DNA of 64,000 nt from a virus. How positions within the stretch are numbered: the stretch's first letter is position 1; the number at the start of each line of letters is the position of its first letter. Where the stretch lies: positions 4,280 to 68,279 of IMG/VR virus record IMGVR_UViG_3300031718_000005. One strand, given 5' to 3'. The notes under the pieces are model-generated. The model did not search any database, was not told where the DNA came from, and saw only the letters and a program-made list of their open reading frames with translations. Of this stretch, positions 19,566-28,475 are shown one piece after another. Made by a program: the position numbers and the translations under genes.

Positions 19566-20237
19566 ATGGGTCCAGTACAAGACAATTTAGCCATTCGTTC
19601 CCCCAGAATGAGAATGGGAGCGCAAATGCCTCCCCCTGGTATGCCTCCAACCGCTCAGGCGCAGACCGACACGCCGCAATTGCCACAGTCACAGGTCCGT
19701 GTTGGTGCCGACATGCCGGGGCCAGCGCAGCTTGCTCCCGATTCGCAGGGTGTGGCTCCTGTGGCTCCTGGTTCGGATATGCCGCCTCCGGTTAATGCTC
19801 CAGGCCCAGCGCAGATGGCTCCCCCTGGAGGAGATATGCCTACTGTTTCAACTGGGCCACAGTTAGGTTCTCCCGACACACCTGGACCGACTGGACCTGA
19901 ACGGCCTGGTGGTGCTCAGTTAGCTCAACCTCCACAGGCTCCTACGCCTCCGATGGGGCAACCATCTCCTGCCCCAATGGGAGGGGGAATGGGAGCAAAT
20001 GGCGGCGTGTCTGCCATGCGGTCACAGTTCCAAGGACAGAATCAACCGCCCCAACAACCTCAGGGCCGCGATTCATTCGTGCAACGCCCAGGAAGAAGCC
20101 CCGATGATTCGATGGGCAGTAATCCGGGGCAAGGACAGCGTTCGGCCTGGGGCGGGGGTGGATTCAGGCCGCGCCGTCCATCCATGGGTCCTCCAGGCGG
20201 TGGACCGCCCAGTCAAGGGCAGATGAACACGCAGTAG
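19566..20237 (+). CDS. Pro/Gly/Gln-rich low-complexity protein
   Basis: 223 aa with GGAG RBS. Recurrent MPxP motif (4 DMPxP, 6 MPxP overall) and no predicted globular core. Confidence 0.55.
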   Translation: MGPVQDNLAIRSPRMRMGAQMPPPGMPPTAQAQTDTPQLPQSQVRVGADMPGPAQLAPDSQGVAPVAPGSDMPPPVNAPGPAQMAPPGGDMPTVSTGPQLGSPDTPGPTGPERPGGAQLAQPPQAPTPPMGQPSPAPMGGGMGANGGVSAMRSQFQGQNQPPQQPQGRDSFVQRPGRSPDDSMGSNPGQGQRSAWGGGGFRPRRPSMGPPGGGPPSQGQMNTQ

Positions 20238-20247
20238 GAGGTTTCCG

Positions 20248-22035
20248 ATGGCTACTCAACCTTACCCTGCTTATCAACAACGCTACATCGACCCCAACAA
20301 CCCGTTTGCCGATCCGGCGTTTGATCCGAATGCACCAGGAAACGCGCAGGGCGCTGCTCCAGATCCATCGGCTAATCCTATCTACGGCGCTCCGGGGGGA
20401 GCTTTGCCGACGCCCAATCCGGACCCGGAAGCCCCGATTCACAACATGTTCTATGACGATCAGGGGCGGCTGATCGCAGGGGCGAACCAGATCAACGCCG
20501 AAGCTCAGTCGCAGTTGGGATATTACGGCCCTCGCCAAGCGGCATATGGAGCCGCGACCGATACCGCACTCGCGAATCTCAACGCCACACCAGGGTTTAA
20601 CCAGGACGAAGCATCTAAGATCGGGATCGATTACGGCCAGTACCGAACCAGCGCCGATGACATGAACAAGCAGTTTCTCACGGGCGACGAACAATCAGCC
20701 ATCAAGGGTGATCCCAACGATCCACGCAACGTCATGAACGCAGGTACGGCTGCCGAAGGAGCGATGCTGAATCAGTATCAAGCCAACCAGGGAGCGCAGG
20801 TCGGCCAATTAGCGTCTAACGTCGGCGGGCAGATGAACCAGTATCAGTCTAACGTCGGCGATCAGATGGGCAAGTACGAATCCGGTGTCGGAACGGGTGT
20901 AAGCAACCTCGACACGATGTTGCAAGGCTCTCAGGACAAATTTGGGAAGCTGGATACGGCAGTGGGTAATCCGGGGTTAGCCTTCGATCCCAACGCCACC
21001 GAAAAGCAGATGACCGACGCCGATGTGCAGGCCATCAAGACGGCAGCGGGGGAACGAATCGGAAATCAATACCGCTCAGCGGAAGACACTTTGAATCGGC
21101 AAGCGGCGGCAGCTGGCAATACATCTCCCTTAGCCATTGAAGCGGCAAGAGCGCGGTTAGAGAACCAGTCCGCAGCGGGACAAGGAAGCGCGGAGTATCA
21201 AGCCGACATAGCCGCTCGACAAGCTCAGTATGACCGTGCTGCGGGAATTGAAGGACAGCGCGAGGGAGCGGTTAAAACTCAGGTTGGATTCCAAGCTGGC
21301 GCAGCGACTCAGGAACAAGCCCAAGCCCAGGCGGCAGCGGGATTAGCGGGAACATCGGGAATCGCGGCGGCAGAGAACGTAGGCCAAGCGGATCTTTCGG
21401 CTGCGGAGAATGTGGGGGCGGCGGGGGTATCGGCGGCTGAGAACGTGGGACAGGCGGGAATTAACGCCGCGAACACCTACGGGCAGTTCTCAACACAAAC
21501 GGCTTCTAATATGGCGAATCAGGGCTACGGTGCCGCGCAGACAGCAGAGCAGGAAGCGGCTGCCCGCGCCGCGATGCTCGGTGCAAATCGGCAGAACACC
21601 CAAGCGAACGTAAACAACGCGACCTACACCCAGGGCATGAATACAGGCCAAGCCACGTCCGCAGGTCAGCAAACGCTTGGCGGGGCGCGTATGCAAGGTC
21701 AGGCGGCTTACCGGTCAGGTCTGGCTCAACAAGAGGGCATGGCGCAACAAGGCGGTCAGAACGCCATGCAGCAACAAGGGCAGACTCTTCAGACCACGAC
21801 TTCAGGATTGAATCAGTCCACAGCGAACCGGGCTAACTACGAGAATACGGGGCCAGGGGGATTAGGCAAAGCTGGCAGTCAAATCTTCGGGGCGGGAATG
21901 AAGTTACTGGGAGCAGACGAAGGCGGCGTCTTCACCGAGCCGACCTTGGCGATTGTCGGAGAAAAACGCCCGGAAATGGTAGTCAAGGTTCCGCAACGCT
22001 ATGGGTACCGGAGTGACAACGGGAAGGCGGCCTAA
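20248..22035 (+). CDS. Gln/Ala/Asn-rich virion protein with tape-measure-like C-terminal motif
   Basis: 595 aa. AAENVG(Q/A)AG x3 tandem repeat. C-terminal motif TLAIVGEKRPEMVV. Confidence 0.6.
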   Translation: MATQPYPAYQQRYIDPNNPFADPAFDPNAPGNAQGAAPDPSANPIYGAPGGALPTPNPDPEAPIHNMFYDDQGRLIAGANQINAEAQSQLGYYGPRQAAYGAATDTALANLNATPGFNQDEASKIGIDYGQYRTSADDMNKQFLTGDEQSAIKGDPNDPRNVMNAGTAAEGAMLNQYQANQGAQVGQLASNVGGQMNQYQSNVGDQMGKYESGVGTGVSNLDTMLQGSQDKFGKLDTAVGNPGLAFDPNATEKQMTDADVQAIKTAAGERIGNQYRSAEDTLNRQAAAAGNTSPLAIEAARARLENQSAAGQGSAEYQADIAARQAQYDRAAGIEGQREGAVKTQVGFQAGAATQEQAQAQAAAGLAGTSGIAAAENVGQADLSAAENVGAAGVSAAENVGQAGINAANTYGQFSTQTASNMANQGYGAAQTAEQEAAARAAMLGANRQNTQANVNNATYTQGMNTGQATSAGQQTLGGARMQGQAAYRSGLAQQEGMAQQGGQNAMQQQGQTLQTTTSGLNQSTANRANYENTGPGGLGKAGSQIFGAGMKLLGADEGGVFTEPTLAIVGEKRPEMVVKVPQRYGYRSDNGKAA

Positions 22036-22037
22036 CG

Positions 22038-22517
22038 ATGGGCGGATTCTGGTCGAGTCTAGGGCAAGGTTTAGCGGACTACGGCAAGTCACGCTTGCAG
22101 AAGAGTCCGCTAGGCGGCCTGTATGACGCTTTCTCCGGCGGAGACCAAGGTTTCACCTCGGATCAAATGCCGATGGATACCCAAATGGCGACTGATCCTA
22201 CGGTGCGCTCTACCGCTCGTAATGCTGACCCCAACGCTGCGCTCTCGGATGCAATCTCTGGTGCCGAGCCGATGGCTGGAGGAAAACTTGTTACTTCACC
22301 AACGGTTGCGATGTTGGCAGAACATGGTCAGCCGGAGGCCGTCATTCCCCTCGATTCAATGCCAGGCCAGAAGATGTCCGCAAGCATGATGGGCGGTCTT
22401 CCGGGCGGATTACCTGTCCGCAGTAGGTACCGCAGGCCCAGCGGCGCAAACGCGGCAAAACTGCAAGCTCCGATTCGATCAGATATCCCGCTCGGCGCAA
22501 ATCGATTTTTCAGGTAG
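22038..22517 (+). CDS. virion protein with second copy of the VGE-PE motif
   Basis: 159 aa with the motif TVAMLAEHGQPEAVIPL. Confidence 0.55.
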   Translation: MGGFWSSLGQGLADYGKSRLQKSPLGGLYDAFSGGDQGFTSDQMPMDTQMATDPTVRSTARNADPNAALSDAISGAEPMAGGKLVTSPTVAMLAEHGQPEAVIPLDSMPGQKMSASMMGGLPGGLPVRSRYRRPSGANAAKLQAPIRSDIPLGANRFFR

Positions 22518-22520
22518 GCA

Positions 22521-24557
22521 ATGCCAACAATAGGCCTTCCAGCACGGTATCGTAGTCCTTACGGCACCCGTAGTGTGCTCACGCCGCCAGATAGCGCACC
22601 GCCGGGATTTAATCCTGACGATCCGAACGATGGCATGGATGGGCAGAACGTGGACTATACCGGATCTGCGATGCCGGGGCCTGCCGCAATTCCGCAATCG
22701 GCCACGAACGGCGCGGCACCAGGGACAAGCAACACCGTCTCGCTCGCATCCCCAGCACTGAATGGTAAACCGGAGAGCATGCGAAAGTTTCGACTTGCGA
22801 GTGCGGCTCCATCCATGCCACCGCCGGAAGCGATGGAACCGCCTCCACAGCCCACTGGGACTTCAACACCTGCACCTTCCCCCGCCGCCAACGCAACAAC
22901 ACCCATCAGCGCCGGTCCTGCACCAGAAACAGCATCCATCGGCATGATGGACAGGACTCCTGCGGGGATTACGCCACCTCCGAGCGGAGGGGTGGTTGCG
23001 CCCACTCCCCCTACCACCTCTGATGAACGACGGGCGGCGATTGACGCAGAACGACCTCAAGCATTTCACGATAACTGGGCGCAGCGATTCGGGCGAGCTA
23101 TTCTTTCACTCACCAAGTTTGCACCCGCAGCCAACATGCTCATGCACCCGAAGTGGTCTGAGCAGGAAGCAGCGTATCAGCGGGACATGGCGAACGAAGC
23201 GCAGCGGGAGCAGTTGGAACAAACTCAGGCTGGGACCGAGGCCCTTGGAGAACAGCGGGCGGCGCAGGCCGCTTATCGTACCGCCCAGGCCGAACAGCAA
23301 GGCGCACTCGCCGACACTCGTAAGCGAGGGCAAGAAGAGAAAACGTATAAGGACTTCGTTGATTCTCTCGGCAAGGGAGCGCAGCAGATCCCGGCAACAC
23401 AGGAAATTCCGGAAGGCTTCTACTCTGTGGCCGATCCGCGTAATCCGAGCACGCAGTGGGTTCTCCGCACACCGTTCGTTACGGTTCCAGATTCAATGCT
23501 CGATATGTTCCCTGGACAGAAGAGTGGTTTCAAGGCAACCGTCAACGAATTCGATCAAGCGCTGAAAGATAAACGCGATCAGATGAAGGAAGACCAGAAG
23601 GCTGGAAATAGGCCAGACAAAACGATGACGCCGCAGCAGCGGATGGCCGCTATTGCCGCAGGAGTTCCGGCTAATAAATCCATCGATGAATTGACGCAAC
23701 CTGAAGCGCAACGGTTAAATGCTGAGTTGGCAAAACAGGCCCAAGCCACTCACATCACGAACAATACCATCATCCCCGGAATGCCTCCAGCGCCAGGGCC
23801 AGGACAAATGACGGGCGGCGAGGACTATCTCAAGACCCTTCCGGTAGGAGTCGCCGCACAGGTCAAAGCTATCGCCGAAGGCCGTGCGGCACTTCCGTCA
23901 GGAGCTACGCGGAGTCAGGCAGCCCAACAACTCCGCAACGCCGTGTTCACCTACGATCCGCTGTACAGCGATCAACGAGCACAGATTCGCAAGTCTTTCG
24001 CGACTGGGCCAGATGGGAGAAATATCGGTTCTCTCAATACGGCTACCGTTCACTTGGATCAGTTGGGCGATGCGGCGGAAGCGTTAAAGAACGGCACGTT
24101 TACCCCAGGCAACGCCGCTTACAACTATTTCGCCAGTATGTTTGGCGGTGCCGCGCCGAGTAATTTCGAGTCTCTGAAATCGGCGGTCGCGGGAGAATTG
24201 GCAAACGCGCTGAAGGGTCAAGCGACCGATATTGAGATCCGCACAATTGGCAACAATATTATGTCGGCAAAATCGCCGGAGCAATTGGGTGGAGCGGTGG
24301 ACACGAACCTGCATATTCTCGGGGCGAAGCTGAAGACTTACCAAGAGCGCTATCAGCAGCAGATACCGAATGACCCGGCGTGGAGTCCAGTTCTTCCATC
24401 GGCGCGGCGAATTTATCAAAAACATGGATTCGATCCAACTGGTGAAACTGGCGGTGGGAAAGTTAGGATGCTACGCCCTGGCGGAGCAACTCCGGTAGAA
24501 GTCGATGCAAGTCAAGTGGAACATTACAAAAAGCTAGGCGCTAAGGTTGTTCAATAA
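22521..24557 (+). CDS. large virion-module protein
   Basis: 678 aa. Pro/Ala-rich N third and a helical Gln/Glu/Ala-rich body. Confidence 0.65.
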   Translation: MPTIGLPARYRSPYGTRSVLTPPDSAPPGFNPDDPNDGMDGQNVDYTGSAMPGPAAIPQSATNGAAPGTSNTVSLASPALNGKPESMRKFRLASAAPSMPPPEAMEPPPQPTGTSTPAPSPAANATTPISAGPAPETASIGMMDRTPAGITPPPSGGVVAPTPPTTSDERRAAIDAERPQAFHDNWAQRFGRAILSLTKFAPAANMLMHPKWSEQEAAYQRDMANEAQREQLEQTQAGTEALGEQRAAQAAYRTAQAEQQGALADTRKRGQEEKTYKDFVDSLGKGAQQIPATQEIPEGFYSVADPRNPSTQWVLRTPFVTVPDSMLDMFPGQKSGFKATVNEFDQALKDKRDQMKEDQKAGNRPDKTMTPQQRMAAIAAGVPANKSIDELTQPEAQRLNAELAKQAQATHITNNTIIPGMPPAPGPGQMTGGEDYLKTLPVGVAAQVKAIAEGRAALPSGATRSQAAQQLRNAVFTYDPLYSDQRAQIRKSFATGPDGRNIGSLNTATVHLDQLGDAAEALKNGTFTPGNAAYNYFASMFGGAAPSNFESLKSAVAGELANALKGQATDIEIRTIGNNIMSAKSPEQLGGAVDTNLHILGAKLKTYQERYQQQIPNDPAWSPVLPSARRIYQKHGFDPTGETGGGKVRMLRPGGATPVEVDASQVEHYKKLGAKVVQ

Positions 24558-26101
24558 TGCCTGACGATTCCGATTGGTTCAAGCAAAACGCTCCACTGAC
24601 GGCATCGCCACAAGTGCAATCTGACGCCGACTGGTTCAGACAAAATTCTCCTGCCGGGAACGTGAATCTCAATGCTCCTGGCGGATTTGGTCAGGGCATG
24701 ACGGACATACTAAATCCTGTTCCGGCTGTAAAGACGGTCGCGACGGCTATGTTCGGTGACCCTAAGGCGCAAGCAGAAGCAAAGGCCAATCTTCGCGACG
24801 CTACCATTGGCGCAACACAACGACAGGCACAGCTTACAAAAGAGGCGGCAAATGCGGGACGGTATAGCGAAGCTGTTGGGCACGGCCTTGCTACCGCTAT
24901 TCCGATAATCGGCCCAGCAGCAGCAGAAGCCGCTGAAACGATTGGCGGCGTAAGCGATATGCCACCGAGTCAGACGATGCCCAGCGAGGGACCACCTAGA
25001 GCACCGCAGGTAGCCCGTGGATTAGGGCAGGCAACCGCGCTTGTAACTCCCAGCGTGGCATCGTCGCTGGCGCGGGCCGTCAGGAATTCATCAATAGGCG
25101 CTGGTGCCGCTGGCATCCTGGAAGACTCCTCCTCTAAGAATTATGCTCGTGTACTTGGCGCAACGACGAATCAAAACAAAAACATCACCGCTAGAATAGC
25201 GCCAGAGTTGGCTGATCGTGGAGTGTGGGCGGCAACTCGCAAGGGGTTGCGTAATACAGCAGAACAGCAAATACAGTCCTTCGGGCAGCAGATTGGCGAT
25301 GCTTTCGACGCTCTCCACCCGGACACAAATCATCCATTGCAGCCGATTCTAGATTCCATTGATTCTGCGGCTAAAAACAGTTTTCAGATTCCCACCAGCA
25401 GGGGGCTAATGCCAAAAGGCCCAACCGCAGAAACCGGCTTATCCCACATTCAGGATCTAAAGAAAGCTCTGACTAATGTGTCCGAGGTGGACCCATCCAC
25501 GGGCGAAGCAGTAATTCCAGTAGATAGGCTAAGGGCAATGCGTCAGTACTTCGATGGCATCGCAGCCAAAGCTGGCCGGTATGGGGGAATTGACCTTGCG
25601 AACGAAAGTCTTGCGGAGGCGCACGGGATGGCCGCTGACGCGATTCGCGAGGAGTTAGCAGGCGCGTATCCAGACATCGCAAAAATAAACAAAGAATACT
25701 CGTTCTGGAAAAGTGTGCATGGAGTCGTGGATTCGACCATTAAACGTACACAATCACAGGCCACGCCACTTGGAGAACAACTTGCTACGGCTGCTGGTGC
25801 TGCTGCCAAAATCGGAGCACATGGAACTATTGGCGGTGCTGCGCTAACAGCCACGGGAGCTAAACTGCTCGTGAAGTTCGTCCGTAGTCCTGCATGGCAA
25901 ACCACGTCCGCTATCACCAAAAGCAGGCTTGCCGATCTTCTAGCTGCTGGAAATTCCGATGGAGTCGCAGAGCTAATTGGTCGTGCGACTGGAAGTCCTT
26001 GGACATACAGACTTCCTGAGACTACGGTTATGGCGGGTACGCCACAGAATCGGCAAACTACTTCTCGCGGCACTCCAGTAACGATGCCGCCACCTGAATA
26101 A
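24557..26101 (+). CDS. large virion-module protein
   Basis: 514 aa, ATAATG junction with the upstream gene. Duplicated N-terminal motif DSDWFKQNAP / DADWFRQNSP. Confidence 0.65.
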   Translation: MPDDSDWFKQNAPLTASPQVQSDADWFRQNSPAGNVNLNAPGGFGQGMTDILNPVPAVKTVATAMFGDPKAQAEAKANLRDATIGATQRQAQLTKEAANAGRYSEAVGHGLATAIPIIGPAAAEAAETIGGVSDMPPSQTMPSEGPPRAPQVARGLGQATALVTPSVASSLARAVRNSSIGAGAAGILEDSSSKNYARVLGATTNQNKNITARIAPELADRGVWAATRKGLRNTAEQQIQSFGQQIGDAFDALHPDTNHPLQPILDSIDSAAKNSFQIPTSRGLMPKGPTAETGLSHIQDLKKALTNVSEVDPSTGEAVIPVDRLRAMRQYFDGIAAKAGRYGGIDLANESLAEAHGMAADAIREELAGAYPDIAKINKEYSFWKSVHGVVDSTIKRTQSQATPLGEQLATAAGAAAKIGAHGTIGGAALTATGAKLLVKFVRSPAWQTTSAITKSRLADLLAAGNSDGVAELIGRATGSPWTYRLPETTVMAGTPQNRQTTSRGTPVTMPPPE

Positions 26102-26102
26102 T

Positions 26103-27239
26103 ATGGCATCAATCAAGCGCGGAAAATGGGAAAGAGCTGCGGCGAAGAGAGCCGCCGCCGATCCCGCCGCTATTCCGCCCTCACCACCGCCCGATCAACA
26201 AATCGCGATGGTCAAGAGCGGCATCGACATAAACCGTGGCAACGCGAACCAAATTCCTTTATCGGACGTAGGACACTCGGAAGCCCAGCAACGTGCCGAT
26301 CAGTTCGCAGCTAAAGGCGGAGTAGATCAAGTTGTCATCCCAACTAGTGAACGGGCCAAGGAATCAGCGGCACCGATTATCGCGGCGAATCCCCAAGCCC
26401 AGGTAAAGAGCGATCCAAATCTCGAAGCGCATGCCCAAGGCAACCTGGAAGGCCAGCCCATGGACATGGTGAAGGGCCAACTGAGGGATCTGATGAAGAA
26501 CAATCCCCAGCGGATCATTCCCGGCCAAGGTGCGCTGTCGTCACGCAAAGGTGAATCCTTCGACCAAGCTAGATTGCGGATTCTCCCGGCGATCCGGGGA
26601 GTCATGCAGCAACTCGCGGAGGGAATGCAGAAGAATCCAGACCACAAGATCGTAGTACCAATTCACTCCTCGGTCATCAAGCTAACGAAGGCGTGGCTAG
26701 CCAACGGAGCGCCTGACGATTTTTCGGTGAACCCGTCCGTGATGGACAAGGAAACGTCGGAGACTCCTGGTGGGGTAGACCATCTCTTCCCGAACAAGAG
26801 GGGTGAGTGGGAAACGAACGAAGTCAACATGCGCGATCCGCAACAACTGGGAGCGGGCATCTATCTTCTCCGCCACGCTCCGACGCCGATTAATAAAGAG
26901 ACTTACGAGCAAGGCGCAGCCCAGCAACAAGCCTTAGCGCAGATGCACAAACACATTCAGTCGGGCGATTTCAGACGAGCCAAGAGCTTTGCTGAACAAG
27001 CTTCCAAAGCCGGAATGAGCGATCAGGACATTGAGAAGTACGTGGATAACGCCATTCCAGACCGCGACACCGTTTCGCAGTATCCCATGCCTCGGTTACT
27101 TGCAACCATCGCCGCCGCAGGGCCGCAGAAGAAACAAGAACTCGCCCCGCTGTTACAAAGCCACTTTGGAAACATCGACCAATTACCGGAGGACGTGCGT
27201 GGTCCGTTCGCCGAGCACCTAGCCCAGATCGCTTCCTGA
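26103..27239 (+). CDS. virion-module protein with degenerate histidine-phosphatase (PGAM)-like domain
   Basis: 378 aa. The order of PLSDVGHSEAQ, VVIPTSERAKESA, NLEG, KGESFDQARLR and VVPIHSSVIK mimics the PGAM fold. KSG replaces the RHG motif. Confidence 0.4.
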   Translation: MASIKRGKWERAAAKRAAADPAAIPPSPPPDQQIAMVKSGIDINRGNANQIPLSDVGHSEAQQRADQFAAKGGVDQVVIPTSERAKESAAPIIAANPQAQVKSDPNLEAHAQGNLEGQPMDMVKGQLRDLMKNNPQRIIPGQGALSSRKGESFDQARLRILPAIRGVMQQLAEGMQKNPDHKIVVPIHSSVIKLTKAWLANGAPDDFSVNPSVMDKETSETPGGVDHLFPNKRGEWETNEVNMRDPQQLGAGIYLLRHAPTPINKETYEQGAAQQQALAQMHKHIQSGDFRRAKSFAEQASKAGMSDQDIEKYVDNAIPDRDTVSQYPMPRLLATIAAAGPQKKQELAPLLQSHFGNIDQLPEDVRGPFAEHLAQIAS

Positions 27240-27250
27240 AGGAGAATTTC

Positions 27251-27805
27251 ATGAGACTAATACTTTCGCTGTTGTTTACCATGGTGCTCTACGCCCAAGG
27301 GCCGGAGGTGTCTATCTCCCAACTTCCGCCCCTAAATCCAGGGCAACTGATTTACGGTTATTCGGGCACGAACCTGATTTACACCTGCTACGCACATTCG
27401 GGGTCTTCCACTCCTTCCGGGCCAAACGCGATCTCCGGTGTATCGAAGGCGAACCCGGCTATCGTGACTTCATCGGGGCATGGATTCAACGTCAACTCCC
27501 GGCCCAAGGTTACGATCTCCGGGGCCACGGGAACGGGATGGACGGCGATAAACGCGACTTGGACCGCGACGATTCTCGATGCCAACACGTTCTCGATTCC
27601 GATTGACTCCACTGGATTCGGGACGCTTGCGGGAACAGTAATTTTCACGACTACGGCTCCGCAGACCAATCAGCCGGTATGGGCCGTCAAGCTCTATACT
27701 TATGATGGTTCTAATAATTTAATTTTCTCGGCGTGGCTCAACGGATCGTTGAGCTTTACCTCGAAGTGTTCCGATGCCACGTCGTCAACGTTGAACGCAC
27801 AGTAA
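27251..27805 (+). CDS. beta-module protein with Sec-like N-terminus
   Basis: 184 aa. Starts MRLILSLLFTMVLYAQGP. Module: AIVTSSGHGFNVNSRPKVTISGATGTGWTAINATWTATILDANTFSI. Confidence 0.65.
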   Translation: MRLILSLLFTMVLYAQGPEVSISQLPPLNPGQLIYGYSGTNLIYTCYAHSGSSTPSGPNAISGVSKANPAIVTSSGHGFNVNSRPKVTISGATGTGWTAINATWTATILDANTFSIPIDSTGFGTLAGTVIFTTTAPQTNQPVWAVKLYTYDGSNNLIFSAWLNGSLSFTSKCSDATSSTLNAQ

Positions 27806-27860
27806 TCCTTCAGATCACCCTTGCTATCATTCCAACGTTCAAAGTAGAAAGGTAAATTCA

Positions 27861-28460
27861 ATGAAACTTGTAGGCTCACTCCTGCTAGCAACGGCGCTTC
27901 TGTTCGGACAAGCTGTTGACAAAGTTGACGCGTCTGGTCGAGCGTCGGCGTCCGTAGGGCGTAATCGGAAGATCACCGAAGGGACGCGGCGTTCCAACGT
28001 TGTGCATGTCTTGGCTCGACACCCCAAGCCTGGCTGCGCTGATACCGCCGTATGCGGGACGATCTTCTACGAGACTACCACCCATAACCTCGTCACCAAC
28101 GCCGGGCTGAACTGGCTCGCCGATATCATGGCGAACACGTCAACGCCAGCGGTGAATACCCAGTGCAACTTCATTGCTCTGACAAACACCGCGATCACTC
28201 CCGGTGCGACCGATACCACGCTTTCTGGTGAAATTGTTGCCAACGGCCTGAGCCGCGCTCAGGGGACGTACACGCACAGCTCGAACGCGACCACGTTCAC
28301 CATCGCCAAGACGTTCACGGCCACTGGTGCTCAGTCGGCCCAAGCTGGCGCTGTCTTTACGGCGTCAAGCGCTGGCACCATGTGCTATGAGGACACGTTC
28401 ACCAGCGCTACGCTCGCGACTAACGACACACTCAGCGTAACTTGGACAATTACTATATAG
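27861..28460 (+). CDS. fibre-region protein with Sec-like N-terminus
   Basis: 199 aa. Starts MKLVGSLLLATALLFGQA. The C-domain pattern resembles that of 30308..30754. Confidence 0.65.
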   Translation: MKLVGSLLLATALLFGQAVDKVDASGRASASVGRNRKITEGTRRSNVVHVLARHPKPGCADTAVCGTIFYETTTHNLVTNAGLNWLADIMANTSTPAVNTQCNFIALTNTAITPGATDTTLSGEIVANGLSRAQGTYTHSSNATTFTIAKTFTATGAQSAQAGAVFTASSAGTMCYEDTFTSATLATNDTLSVTWTITI

Positions 28461-28475
28461 CTGATAACAAAGGAC

